Virus record (IMG/VR): IMGVR_UViG_3300049783_000824
Span: 1 to 64,000 of that record
Source: a virus
Direction: 5' to 3' (one strand)
Length of the DNA: 64,000 nt
Under the pieces are notes generated by a model, which was given only the letters and a program-made list of their open reading frames with translations, had not been told where the DNA came from and did not search any database. The position numbers were made by a program, and so were the translations under genes. Every line of letters starts with the position of its first letter. Positions within the stretch are counted from its first letter, which is position 1. Positions 39,079 through 49,212 of the stretch are shown piece by piece.

Positions 39079-39499
39079 GTCGTTTCCTTACTATTTCTAT
39101 ACCCTGAGAAACTTCCTTCTTCTTTCTCTTTCTAATCTTAGATGGGCCATCCATATTAAAATGTGGTAATGGTCCAATAACCCTAGTTACGTAATCTAGG
39201 GGGAAAGCTCGTAGTATATTTTCAGTAGACTCACTAAGACCTCTCCTAGAGAATTCAATGGAAATAGGATACCTATCACCATTGGTATGATACCACTCAT
39301 CTGCAATCTCAATCAAGGTTTCTTCATCAAACCGTTCAGGACCACATAGATCAATAACATACCCGTATATGTATTTCTTTGATACGTTATCAACTATATT
39401 AAGAAAACTTTTGTCGTTATAACGTATAAGCGTTATGAACTGATATCCTTCATAGTCATCTGGATGTGGTTCTACTACCAATGGAAATTTCTTACTCAT
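39071..39499 (-). CDS. Hypothetical protein
   Basis: AAGGA SD; EWY......PI motif; basic C-terminus. Confidence 0.6.
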   Translation of the reverse strand: MSKKFPLVVEPHPDDYEGYQFITLIRYNDKSFLNIVDNVSKKYIYGYVIDLCGPERFDEETLIEIADEWYHTNGDRYPISIEFSRRGLSESTENILRAFPLDYVTRVIGPLPHFNMDGPSKIRKRKKKEVSQGIEIVRKRLK

Positions 39500-39615
39500 G
39501 ATTAAGATCCTTTATTATTTCATACACTTAATATCTATAGCCATTATATCCCGAAGTCACAATAACTAACATGTATATTAAAACACAACCGTTTATGCTG
39601 GGAATCCAGTATGGG

Positions 39616-41277
39616 CTATAGTGCTGGTAATTGGTATATGTATGCCTTACCTGACCCATCAGTAACACCATCTTCAGTTTCACCCTGTGCACCAACTATT
39701 GCATAGTTTCCATCTATTGCCACAGACGATCCGAATTGGTCAGCACCACTAGTACCATGTGCATTTGGATTATCTAATGTAAATAATAATGCCCCAGTAG
39801 TGACATTAAATATGTATGCCTTACCTGAACTAAAACCATCAACATCATCTTCGTTAGATGCACCAGCTATAGCATAATTACCACCTATGGCTACAGTCTG
39901 AGCGAAACGGTCACCAGTACTAGTACTGTATGCATTTGGGTTATCTAATGTAAATAATAATGCCCCAGTTGTAACGTTAAATATGTATGCTTTACCTGAA
40001 AGACCACCGGCATCAGCCTCGTTGTATGCACCAACTATTGCATAGTCTCCACTTATTGCAACAACGGATGCAAAGTAGTCAGTAGCACTAGTACTGTATG
40101 CATTTGGATTATCTAATGTAAATAATAATGCCCCAGTCGTGGCATTAAATATGTATGCCTTACCTGAACCGTTACCACCAGCATCATCTTCGAAAGGTGC
40201 ACCAGCTATAGCATAATTACCACCTATGGCTACAGTCTGACCGAAACGGTCATCATTACTAGTACTATATGCATTTGGATTATCTAATGTAACTAATAAT
40301 GCCCCAGTTGTGACATTGAATATGTATGCCTTACCACTACTGGTGCCACCAGCATCATCTTCCTTCCATGCGCTAACAATTGCGGAGTTTCCATCTATTG
40401 CTACAGAATATCCGAAACGGTCATCTAAACTTGTACCGAATGGGTTTGGGTTATCTAATGTAAATAATAAAGCCCCAGTTGCAACATTAAATATGTATGC
40501 CTTACCGGAATCATTACCATTAGCATCATTTTCACCCCACGCACCAACTATTGCATAGTTTTCACTTACCGCAACAGATATCCCGAAGTAATCAGAAGCA
40601 GTAGTGCCGAATGAATTTGGGTTGTCAAGTGTATGTAATAGTGCACCGGTTGTAACGTTAAATATGTATGCCTTACCACTACTGGTGCCACCTGCATCAT
40701 CTTCTGAATATGCCCCAACTATTGCGTAGTTACCACTTAGAGATGCACTGTTTCCGAAAACGTCTTGAAAACCAGTACCGTATGCATTTGGGTTATCTAA
40801 TGTATGTAATAATAATGGTGCACTGATTGGTGGTGTAATAGATGGTGTAATAGATGGTGTAATAGATGGTGTAATAGATGGTGTAATAGATGGTGTAATA
40901 GATGGTGTTACTGCTGGTGTTACTGCTGGTGTTACTGCTGGTGTTACCGTTACAGAGGGTAAAGATAGATAATCCCATACCATAAGATGTGCAATACCGA
41001 CAGTTGGTGCATCAAAATCTACAGTTATGGTTGATTCATCGGTAAGTGTAATTGACACAAAATCTTTTTTAGTAATATCTTCACCGTTCTCATCATATAT
41101 TCGGAGTATTAATGATTTTGATTGCCTACCATGTATTATAACCCAAGAGGCTCTTGGGTATTCTATCTTGAATCTATATGACCAAAAACCAGCACCAACC
41201 AACTCACTCGCGTTGATTGCATGCTTTCCTGTCACCAAGTCGATGTATACTGGAACAATTCTACTGTTATTAGTCAT
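39616..41277 (-). CDS. FG-GAP (integrin-alpha-type) 7-bladed beta-propeller with Pro/Thr stalk
   Basis: Seven ~57-aa repeats LDNPN...D.FG.SVAI.GNYAIVGA..EDD.....SGKAYIF; minus-strand TATAAATA at 41314-41307. Confidence 0.85.
   Translation of the reverse strand: MTNNSRIVPVYIDLVTGKHAINASELVGAGFWSYRFKIEYPRASWVIIHGRQSKSLILRIYDENGEDITKKDFVSITLTDESTITVDFDAPTVGIAHLMVWDYLSLPSVTVTPAVTPAVTPAVTPSITPSITPSITPSITPSITPSITPPISAPLLLHTLDNPNAYGTGFQDVFGNSASLSGNYAIVGAYSEDDAGGTSSGKAYIFNVTTGALLHTLDNPNSFGTTASDYFGISVAVSENYAIVGAWGENDANGNDSGKAYIFNVATGALLFTLDNPNPFGTSLDDRFGYSVAIDGNSAIVSAWKEDDAGGTSSGKAYIFNVTTGALLVTLDNPNAYSTSNDDRFGQTVAIGGNYAIAGAPFEDDAGGNGSGKAYIFNATTGALLFTLDNPNAYSTSATDYFASVVAISGDYAIVGAYNEADAGGLSGKAYIFNVTTGALLFTLDNPNAYSTSTGDRFAQTVAIGGNYAIAGASNEDDVDGFSSGKAYIFNVTTGALLFTLDNPNAHGTSGADQFGSSVAIDGNYAIVGAQGETEDGVTDGSGKAYIYQLPAL
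40831..40947. repeat. 12-bp tandem repeats encoding the (TPAV)/(TPSI) stalk
   Basis: (TGGTGTAATAGA)x6 then (TGGTGTTACTGC)x3 plus a partial copy. Confidence 0.9.
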
Positions 41278-41360
41278 TTATAAAAAACCTTTTATATGAT
41301 TATATGTATTTATAAATGCTCCAGACATAAATAGTACCATAGACGATTGGAATATATTTT

Positions 41361-42146
41361 ATGAAAAAGACAAGACTTTTTGAGTTTATGAAAAATAAGC
41401 GATTTGAACTAACTGATTCAGAATTTGAAGTATCGGCTGAACCCAACCCATTCACCAACCCTAAGAAAAGTGTTATGATGGCAGATGATGATATTACAGG
41501 GAAAGTGCGGCTTCGTGGCAAAGAAAGATATCATGACTTGGTAAACCGCATTGATGCATTAGATAAAATGCTTGACGCTGAGATGGGTTTAGATTATGAT
41601 GAGAAGTATAAGACTAGTAAAGACGAAGATGATTACTATTTAAATACAAAAGATAGATCATATCGTAAAAATGAATTCAACGATGAGGAAGATGTTGATG
41701 ATATTGATGCTGATGCTGGGTGGGCCTTTATGCGTAATCTTGCAGATGAAGATGATATGGGAGATGACTTCAACATGGACTTGGAATCTGATGAGCAAGA
41801 CATGGATGTTGACACCGGCATGGATGCCGACCCTGATTCTGATATGGAAGATGATATGGAAGATGATATGGAAGGTCCAGAAGAACTCCCGTATGAAGGT
41901 ATAGTTAGGGCAGTCAAGGGTGCTTATTTAGTATCCAAGAAAGAACAAGCGGACGAAACCTTCACTGAGGTATGGATGTACAATGTTGGAAAGAAGTATG
42001 ACGATGAAGCCAACATCCGTAAAGCTATACTTTCTGGTACTGACATTGACCCAACTAAGAACTTCTCTGAGGATGGCACACAGGAGGCCGTTATAACATC
42101 AGTAGGTAATGTTCAATTTCTAACACTGGTGGGAATACCTGATTAA
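41361..42146 (+). CDS. Acidic late protein, candidate prohead core/internal protein
   Basis: CATAAATA at 41326; MKKTRLFEF; Asp/Met-rich linker. Confidence 0.6.
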   Translation: MKKTRLFEFMKNKRFELTDSEFEVSAEPNPFTNPKKSVMMADDDITGKVRLRGKERYHDLVNRIDALDKMLDAEMGLDYDEKYKTSKDEDDYYLNTKDRSYRKNEFNDEEDVDDIDADAGWAFMRNLADEDDMGDDFNMDLESDEQDMDVDTGMDADPDSDMEDDMEDDMEGPEELPYEGIVRAVKGAYLVSKKEQADETFTEVWMYNVGKKYDDEANIRKAILSGTDIDPTKNFSEDGTQEAVITSVGNVQFLTLVGIPD

Positions 42147-42200
42147 CTTGTGTTATCTTTAACATTATGATATAATATTCCTTTAAGGAGAAATTATCTA

Positions 42201-42644
42201 ATGGATACAAAAACAGTAAATTTAGAAGATATTGGAAAAGAACATGTTTCTGGAGAAAACCCAGATGGTGCTGACCTCACATCTGAGGTTCTATCTGCCC
42301 TTGGAATTTTGCAAGATCAGGTACAGCAGAATGAACCAGAGTATGTTGAGCCAGATAATCTCCCAGAAGAAGATATAGCAAACTTCCGTAAACTATATCA
42401 ACTATCAAATGAGACAATTGGTAGTTATATGCACACAGCCGCGAAACTTCAGGACAACATTAAAACAGCAAAGACTTCTTATAAGGTTGACCTGTATACC
42501 AAAAAGTTTAAAAAGATTAAAGAAAAGTTTCAGGATGAATTAGCTAGAAATATTCAACTTGAAACATTCTTTAAGGATAATGGTATTGAACCTACAGTGG
42601 AAGTTGTTACTGAAGATGCTACTCCTGAGAGTGAAGTTAAATGA
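42201..42644 (+). CDS. Hypothetical protein
   Basis: TAAGGAG SD; TATAAT upstream. Confidence 0.6.
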   Translation: MDTKTVNLEDIGKEHVSGENPDGADLTSEVLSALGILQDQVQQNEPEYVEPDNLPEEDIANFRKLYQLSNETIGSYMHTAAKLQDNIKTAKTSYKVDLYTKKFKKIKEKFQDELARNIQLETFFKDNGIEPTVEVVTEDATPESEVK

Positions 42645-43249
42645 TTATAGGGGTATCTGGTGCACAGGGTCAAGGCAAATCAACACTTATAAGTGATTGT
42701 GATGCTAGTAACTCTGGTGGGCGTAAGTTATGGCTACAGACCTCTAGAAAACTACTCATCGATTGGGGATATACATTGGGCGACGTTAATAAGTATGCCC
42801 CATTAAAAGTTAAATTTCAAGATGAAATTATTAAACGACATGAGAAATCACTAATCTGGGCACTTGAACAAGCATCAGAAGCTAAGCATGTGTTTTTATC
42901 TGAAAGAACATTTGCAGACATATTTACTTATGCCCTTGCATCAATAGGCCCACACAATGAATATTCCAATTGGCTAGATGAGTATGCAGAAAAGTGCTCA
43001 GAAGCTCAAAAGAAGTATTTCCATACAGTGTTATTTCTGCAGGGCAGGGAATATGTCCCGGAGGATGACGGTGTTAGGTCTGTAAATATTCATTTTGCAC
43101 ATCTTGCAAATTCAATGATATTACATTATGCTGAAACATTCTCGAATAATGACTCGTTACTTGTTGTTAATGTGTCTGATAGGAAATCAAGAGTTCAACA
43201 CTTAAATGCTAGAATAGCTAAAATAAAGGAAGAAAATAAATGGGCATAA
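42641..43249 (+). CDS. P-loop NTPase / nucleotide kinase (NadR/AAA_28-like)
   Basis: IGVSGAQGQGKST, SERTFAD, EDDGVR. Confidence 0.7.
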   Translation: MIIGVSGAQGQGKSTLISDCDASNSGGRKLWLQTSRKLLIDWGYTLGDVNKYAPLKVKFQDEIIKRHEKSLIWALEQASEAKHVFLSERTFADIFTYALASIGPHNEYSNWLDEYAEKCSEAQKKYFHTVLFLQGREYVPEDDGVRSVNIHFAHLANSMILHYAETFSNNDSLLVVNVSDRKSRVQHLNARIAKIKEENKWA

Positions 43250-43848
43250 AGATACACGACATAATTGCAATAGACTGTGAAACTAGTGGCATGAACCTAA
43301 ATGCAAACAGATGCCTTAATCAGAATTCTGTAGCACATGGATACCAAGCAGTATCATGGGGCATTGTTATTACCGACACTGAAACCTTTAAGGTTAAGGA
43401 TGAACTATACGTCATGATCAAATGGAATGGTAAATCCAAATGGAATGCAAAAGCTGAGAGTATACATGGCCTTAGTAAGGAATACCTTGAAGAACATGGT
43501 ATGGATGAGGAAGACGCAGTTGTTGAAATCATGGAGTTCCTGATGAAGCATCTGGATATTACAGCACCACTGTATTGCCTTGGGCATAATGTCGTATCGT
43601 TTGATATTCCTTTCCTGAAAGATTTGTTCACTCGATATGAGTTATCAGACATTAAGTTTGGGCATAGACACCTAGACACGTTTGCACTTTCTATGGGTAC
43701 GGTACAGGAGTTTGATTCTGACACACTATTCAAACGTGTTGGGCTTAAGGATAGGGGTGAGCATAACGCATTAGAAGATGCAAAAAACGCACTTGAAGTG
43801 TATCGGAGACTAAATAAAGCATGGACACAGATGTTAGCGAAAAGTTAG
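43240..43848 (+). CDS. DEDDh 3'-5' exonuclease (DnaQ/epsilon-like)
   Basis: IDCETSG, IHGL, GHNVVSFD, LDT, HNALEDA. Confidence 0.88.
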   Translation: MGIKIHDIIAIDCETSGMNLNANRCLNQNSVAHGYQAVSWGIVITDTETFKVKDELYVMIKWNGKSKWNAKAESIHGLSKEYLEEHGMDEEDAVVEIMEFLMKHLDITAPLYCLGHNVVSFDIPFLKDLFTRYELSDIKFGHRHLDTFALSMGTVQEFDSDTLFKRVGLKDRGEHNALEDAKNALEVYRRLNKAWTQMLAKS

Positions 43849-44039
43849 AACAGTTAAGAAAAACCATTATTGATATGGATAAGGCTTATAAAAAAGATTT
43901 CAATGCACATAAAAATGCAATAAACTTAACGGCTAAGAAATTATCAATATTAAGGCTAGAACTTAAGGCAGCTAAAGATCAGATTAGGACACTGAAATCT
44001 GATGTTAGTAGCCTTAAGTCTTCAATACGGAGAACGTGA
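43821..44039 (+). CDS. Small coiled-coil protein
   Basis: Heptad pattern; overlaps both neighbours. Confidence 0.5.
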   Translation: MDTDVSEKLEQLRKTIIDMDKAYKKDFNAHKNAINLTAKKLSILRLELKAAKDQIRTLKSDVSSLKSSIRRT

Positions 44040-44464
44040 TGTTTAGTTATATCAAAATTGCTTTATTTGTAGCTACTATAGGTGCCCTAGGATCAGCATA
44101 TGCATACCATACAATCACCGTTGCTGAGTTCAAGGCCGATGTTGCCCAGTTAGAGGCAAACAATCATACACTCAAGGAGAACAACGCATCTCTTATGGTG
44201 GCAGCTGAAAATAATGCAGCTAAAGTTCTTGAACTAGAGACGCAGAGAGATGAAGAACACTTAGCTGTTGTTAACCTAACTATCAAAACCCAAGAATTGG
44301 AAGAGGATAGGAAAAAGTTCATGCGAATATTTAAGGATCATAACCTTACCAGACTTGCACGTGCTAAACCGGGGCTAATAGAGACTCGTATTAATAATGC
44401 CACGGATGCCGTATTTAAGCAAGTGGAAGATCACAGCAAGGAGATTCAAGATGCGGATATGTAG
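44036..44464 (+). CDS. Inner-membrane spanin (Rz-like)
   Basis: N-terminal TM, coiled coil, LARAKPGLIE.RIN motif. Confidence 0.75.
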   Translation: MMFSYIKIALFVATIGALGSAYAYHTITVAEFKADVAQLEANNHTLKENNASLMVAAENNAAKVLELETQRDEEHLAVVNLTIKTQELEEDRKKFMRIFKDHNLTRLARAKPGLIETRINNATDAVFKQVEDHSKEIQDADM

Positions 44465-44858
44465 CCTATTGATTGCACTATCACTGTTAGGTGGTTGTTC
44501 ATGGTTTGGTGGTTCAGAAATCTTACCAGAACCTATTGTTGTTACAAAGATTGAAACAGTACCTCTTCGGATATACCAACCACCATTACCAGCCCAGATA
44601 GATATGGTTGGTATTACTTGGTTTGTCATTACTGAAGAGAATGCTGAAGAGAAATTCAAGGAAATCGAAAAGATTCTTGATGGCCAAGTAGTCATATTTG
44701 CATTAACCCCCGATGGTTATGAAAAAATGGCTGGAAACCTCCAAGAAATGCAAAGATATATCCTACAACAAAAAGAACTAATCCTATATTATCGCCATGC
44801 CACTAGTGATAGTGAAGGCACAACTGCTGCAGATTGGTTGAAAAATAATCCTGAATAA
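44451..44858 (+). CDS. Outer-membrane spanin lipoprotein (Rz1-like)
   Basis: AAGGAG SD; MRICSLLIALSLLGG-C lipobox; Pro-rich; overlaps the i-spanin end. Confidence 0.75.
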   Translation: MRICSLLIALSLLGGCSWFGGSEILPEPIVVTKIETVPLRIYQPPLPAQIDMVGITWFVITEENAEEKFKEIEKILDGQVVIFALTPDGYEKMAGNLQEMQRYILQQKELILYYRHATSDSEGTTAADWLKNNPE

Positions 44859-44937
44859 TCAAGATATTATCAGTTATGAACTAAGATCGTAACCGATTGA
44901 TAAATATATCTGAATGCCAAAAGGATTATAGTATAAC

Positions 44938-45330
44938 ATGACACTTAAAAAGTACAATGACTCCAGTGATCTGGTTATTTTAGCTGAATATAAAGACCCA
45001 TTAGACAATGAATACTTCTTTTTATTGGATGAGTCATTGAATCAAATTTCATTTGCTACTAAGAGTGTGGGTGCAGCCAAGGGGTTTAAAGACTTTCTTA
45101 TGAAGCACCCGTATATGACTGGTATGGCTGTAGCTGTTGGTATGAATGCATTAGACACTTATAAGTCGAACAAGAGGCTCACTACCCGTTTTTTCGCCAC
45201 CACACAAATAGAGCGTGAAATGTATAAGAACATGTCTGAAGAATTAGCTAAGGGTGGCAACTATACTATATTGAAGCGTGGCAAACGCGTCAAGGGTGGA
45301 TGGCTTTGGGAATTAAAAAAGAAGGGTTAA
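44938..45330 (+). CDS. Hypothetical late protein
   Basis: GATAAATA at 44899; ILAE and LDE sites. Confidence 0.55.
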   Translation: MTLKKYNDSSDLVILAEYKDPLDNEYFFLLDESLNQISFATKSVGAAKGFKDFLMKHPYMTGMAVAVGMNALDTYKSNKRLTTRFFATTQIEREMYKNMSEELAKGGNYTILKRGKRVKGGWLWELKKKG

Positions 45331-45334
45331 ACAC

Positions 45335-45676
45335 ATGAGAAGCCTATTTGATATAATGGGATTGACCGAAAATAAGAAAGAAGATGAAAGAAGGGCAGTT
45401 TTCAAGGAAACAGACCCCATGTCTCCGTTCCCCAATGATACAATAACTGCCCTCCAGCGAGAAATAAATAAAGGTGCAAAGGATTTAGAAAAGGATTGGG
45501 ATAATGCTTTAGAGCTTGTGGATAATAGCTTTTCTGAACTAGAAGTCCCTAAACCAAAACCCCAACAAACAAAACGATGGGAACAGTATAATGTTCTTAT
45601 CGCAACTGCCGTCAACGACCTATATGAAGCACGTGGGTTAGAAGGTAGTTGGAGAACTACCAAAACTAATAAATAG
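45335..45676 (+). CDS. Hypothetical protein, candidate internal head protein
   Basis: MRSLFDIMGLTE N-terminus. Confidence 0.55.
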   Translation: MRSLFDIMGLTENKKEDERRAVFKETDPMSPFPNDTITALQREINKGAKDLEKDWDNALELVDNSFSELEVPKPKPQQTKRWEQYNVLIATAVNDLYEARGLEGSWRTTKTNK

Positions 45677-45696
45677 AATATAACGAGGTTACTACT

Positions 45697-47763
45697 ATGA
45701 ACAAAGACATTTTACGGTTGCTTGAACTATCTGGACAGAAAGAGAAAAGCATCACTGTTAGTAAATTATACGAAGGCTATAAGGTTAACCCTGCTGCCGA
45801 CGAAGATGGTATGGATGCCATTAAAGGTCTTGAAGGACCATTCCGAATGAAGAATGGTCGTGTTGTATACTATGACCCGAAAGAGGGCAAGTACTATGAT
45901 AGACGTACTGATATGTATTTGTCAAGGGAAGAAGCAGCTGCTCTACATGAAGCTGGCACACAATTCAATGAAGGGGTTATCCTCCATGCTACTGGCGAAG
46001 ATAAATCAATATCTCTACGTTTAGAAGCCATGTTGGGTATGCTGCAAGTGGCATCTGTATTACATAACAATGGTTATGATAATTTTGAAGTAACTGATGC
46101 TGATGGTAAGCGTGCACCAATTAAAGTTGATGACCTTTATAAAGTTGTTGAAGAATCTGATTCACCTGACGTAGAAAATGTATATGAAATGTCTAAGAAT
46201 GAAAGAAAACCAAACGAAAAAGAAAGTAGGGAAATGATTAAGGATTGTATTACTCAGCACCTGAAAAGAATGCCATACACCACGGCAGTGTCTCAATCAT
46301 ACGAGTTGTCCATGACTTATTTTGTTGACAGTGGCTTTTATGACCTAGATACGTTCCAAGGTATGTTCGATGAGGTAGTTGATGACATTGGTGATGTGGA
46401 TGGTGAACATCCACTAGATTATCAACATCGCCTTAAGTCTGAAGGTGTTGCAAAGGGTCGCCCAAGTGATCTTAAGCATACTGGTGGTCTATCACAAGCT
46501 ACTAACCAAAGTGAAAAGAAAGCCCTTAAAGCTAAAGAACGTCAACAGGGTAAGGAAGCTGCAAAGGTTACAGAAGGTGATAAATCTGACTATTCTTCAT
46601 GGAAAGAAAGTGTTAGTAAAAAGCATGGTTCTGAAAAGATATCATTTTTTGGTGATGAAAAAGACCTTGCCGGTGCAACTGTAACTGTTGATGGTAAGAA
46701 GAAATCTGTAGGTACATGGGACGGTACTAAGGGTGTAGTTCATGAATCAGCCCAAGACATCGTTGAAGCTACAAAACCAAGTGCAGAATTGATATCTAAT
46801 GCTGCTGATAAATTAAAAAGTAAATTGGTTGGTGATAAAGTAGACCCTAAGGCTGGTATTCGTAGAGAACCAACTAAGCCTAATGCTACCACAAAGGTTG
46901 TAGACTCGTCACGTGATGTAGTTGAAGGTGAAGATGAAACAGCACCAGCATTTGCAAAGGGTGATAGTGTTATGTACAAAGACTCTAAAAAGGTAGTGGT
47001 TGTGGCAGACGGCCCAGCTAATATGGTAGGCATCTCAGATAAAGCTGATGGTAAGGTCGATATGGTTAAATCTTGCGATTTGACCAAAGCTACCACATCA
47101 GTTGAAGAAGCTGCAGCAAGAATAATGGAGCTAAGCAAGGGTACACTACGTAACTATATTGACAAAGCTACTACTTCACAAATGTATAAGGATGAGGACA
47201 ATGCAGACCGGGATCATAGGCGAGGTAGGGGTAGTGTAGCTAAAACAAAACAACCACAACATTACCGTGACTCTAAGCAAACACGTGAGAAGGGTATCGG
47301 TGCTGCAAGTGTTAAGGTAGCTCGTAAAGACAGAGAAGATATGCGTGCAAGGGCTAATGAGGGTAACGTGAGTGAGGCAATGATGGCATCACCTGCTAAC
47401 CTATTCATTAACAGTGATCTACCAGCCAACGCTGTAGATGATGCTGATCTAAAGGGTGAGCGTACTGGCCAGAAGGACCGAACAACTGTTAAAAATAAAG
47501 TCCCTAAGGAAGTTATTGGTGCTATCAAAAAGAGAGTAGCCGAAATTAAAAAATCTATTGAAAGATATGATGATAAGGGATATAATGATCTAAGTGTTAA
47601 AGAGAATGCAGTTGATGCTCTTGAGCAAATTAGTGACAATCTGGCCCGTGGAGATCATGAAGGTTTCATGGAAGCGCAAATGTTCTTCCTAACCCTAATG
47701 AGTCCAATATGGGATCTGTTTCCTGCGCAGGTAGTAAATTATCTAGCAAAGGGATCTGAATAA
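45697..47763 (+). CDS. Large charged mosaic protein, candidate prohead core/internal protein
   Basis: AATAAATA at 45668; ILRLLELSG; many L/V-x-E-G/A/S sites; modules GLEGPF...YYDPKEGKYYD and ELSKGTLRNYIDKA. Confidence 0.65.
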   Translation: MNKDILRLLELSGQKEKSITVSKLYEGYKVNPAADEDGMDAIKGLEGPFRMKNGRVVYYDPKEGKYYDRRTDMYLSREEAAALHEAGTQFNEGVILHATGEDKSISLRLEAMLGMLQVASVLHNNGYDNFEVTDADGKRAPIKVDDLYKVVEESDSPDVENVYEMSKNERKPNEKESREMIKDCITQHLKRMPYTTAVSQSYELSMTYFVDSGFYDLDTFQGMFDEVVDDIGDVDGEHPLDYQHRLKSEGVAKGRPSDLKHTGGLSQATNQSEKKALKAKERQQGKEAAKVTEGDKSDYSSWKESVSKKHGSEKISFFGDEKDLAGATVTVDGKKKSVGTWDGTKGVVHESAQDIVEATKPSAELISNAADKLKSKLVGDKVDPKAGIRREPTKPNATTKVVDSSRDVVEGEDETAPAFAKGDSVMYKDSKKVVVVADGPANMVGISDKADGKVDMVKSCDLTKATTSVEEAAARIMELSKGTLRNYIDKATTSQMYKDEDNADRDHRRGRGSVAKTKQPQHYRDSKQTREKGIGAASVKVARKDREDMRARANEGNVSEAMMASPANLFINSDLPANAVDDADLKGERTGQKDRTTVKNKVPKEVIGAIKKRVAEIKKSIERYDDKGYNDLSVKENAVDALEQISDNLARGDHEGFMEAQMFFLTLMSPIWDLFPAQVVNYLAKGSE

Positions 47764-47789
47764 TTAATAGTTAATAATTGTTCATACCA

Positions 47790-47813
47790 AAGGGGACTAC
47801 ATGTCCCCTTTTT
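47790..47813 (+). terminator. Rho-independent terminator
   Basis: AAGGGGAC-TACAT-GTCCCCTT plus T-run. Confidence 0.8.
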
Positions 47814-47825
47814 ATTGAGGTAAAT

Positions 47826-47993
47826 ATGTACGTTTGTTTTTGTGGTGATAAGACGGAAGAAGAAATCATAGAGTCCATACACTCTGGAAACAACACTATG
47901 GAAGCACTCATGTGTGAATTAGATGTTGGGACTGGTTGTGGGTCTTGCAGGTATTTAGTAGAACGAATACTACAAACAGCAGTTACTTCTTAG
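47826..47993 (+). CDS. bfd: Bacterioferritin-associated ferredoxin-like [2Fe-2S] protein
   Basis: MYVCFC...VGTGCGSC; GAGGT SD. Confidence 0.8.
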   Translation: MYVCFCGDKTEEEIIESIHSGNNTMEALMCELDVGTGCGSCRYLVERILQTAVTS

Positions 47994-48546
47994 TATTAGA
48001 TATTAAACTGCTAATTAGCCTATTCTTCTTCCTTGATTCATTAAGTTCTTTAAGCTGGCGAGTTTCTTCAAATAGCTTAAGAAACTTTACCTTTTCATTA
48101 GCATAATATTCTTCTTGTAGTTCTTTCTTAGACTTAGAAGATAGTGGTTCTTTCTCTTTCTCTTTTGTTTTGGATAGAAGTGCTTTTATTTTATCATTGA
48201 TATCCTTCTTGCGAGTAGCCTCGAATATAATACTATTTGAAGACTCTTTAAACAACCCTGCATTTTTAGAATTACTTTCAAATATAGGGTCAGTGTTTTT
48301 AAACACTTTATACTGTTCGGATATGGCTAGGTCAGAACCACCAAAGGCTTTAAACAAATATACCTTAGATTTGTCATAGTTATCAAATTCAAATTCATAT
48401 ATACCGTCTTTAACTTCTTCCATGCCAAGCTTATCCACTACCAGAACACTTGAATCGTCCAGTGTTTCCCATACTTGGATAGTTGGTGCAAGACCAGTAG
48501 CCGGTGCATCGCCAATTGTAAATGAAGCTGATATGATTTTCTTCAT
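47983..48546 (-). CDS. Hypothetical late protein (beta-rich N-domain, Lys/Glu tail)
   Basis: GAGG SD; GATAAATA on the minus strand near 48580-48587. Confidence 0.55.
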   Translation of the reverse strand: MKKIISASFTIGDAPATGLAPTIQVWETLDDSSVLVVDKLGMEEVKDGIYEFEFDNYDKSKVYLFKAFGGSDLAISEQYKVFKNTDPIFESNSKNAGLFKESSNSIIFEATRKKDINDKIKALLSKTKEKEKEPLSSKSKKELQEEYYANEKVKFLKLFEETRQLKELNESRKKNRLISSLISNTKK

Positions 48547-48666
48547 AGTTCCCTCTGTTAATACTATTTATACTATTGTTATTTATCAAAGTATCTGTTA
48601 TACTTGCATATAATAAATTGTAACTAAAGAGCGGGTTCTTATCTCTTTTTATTTTAAAGGATACCA

Positions 48667-49212
48667 ATGGAAGTATTTAACAGTAATAAATGGAAATTAA
48701 GATTTTTGCGAATGGCATATCAGTCAGCAGCATGGTCTAAGGACACATCAACACAGGTTGGTGCATGTATCGTAACCCCAGACGGCAAGCCAAGGTCATT
48801 TGGATTTAATGGGATACCAGTGGGCATAGACGATGATGTGCCAGAACGTTATGAAAGACCAGAGAAATATAACTGGTTTGAGCATGCTGAACGTAATGCA
48901 ATATACTTGGCAGAAAGATCATTGAGTGGTTGTATATTATTTGTTACCCACTTACCCTGCCCAGATTGTATGCGAGGTATAATTCAGTCTGGTATAACAT
49001 CAGTGGTTGTTGACAAGTTTAATGGTGGCGGGCTTAGAACTAGTGACTTTTGGGATGATAAGGCTAAGATAACATTCACTATGATGGATGAGGCTAAAAT
49101 AAATGTTGACTTCATATACTCTGATGTTAAACTTGAACGAATCGGAACTGAGCTATTTGTAGTACCTCGAATGGAGGGAGAATGGATGGAGATGGCAATA
49201 AATGAAACTTGA
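48667..49212 (+). CDS. cd: dCMP deaminase
   Basis: SKD.STQVGACIV, GFNG, HAERNA, PCPDC. Confidence 0.92.
   Translation: MEVFNSNKWKLRFLRMAYQSAAWSKDTSTQVGACIVTPDGKPRSFGFNGIPVGIDDDVPERYERPEKYNWFEHAERNAIYLAERSLSGCILFVTHLPCPDCMRGIIQSGITSVVVDKFNGGGLRTSDFWDDKAKITFTMMDEAKINVDFIYSDVKLERIGTELFVVPRMEGEWMEMAINET

Noticed and set aside
39640-40810. Regular ~171-bp DNA repeats resembling a CRISPR array or a diversity-generating retroelement
   Set aside because: They are in-frame FG-GAP blades; no unique spacers, cas genes or reverse transcriptase in the window.
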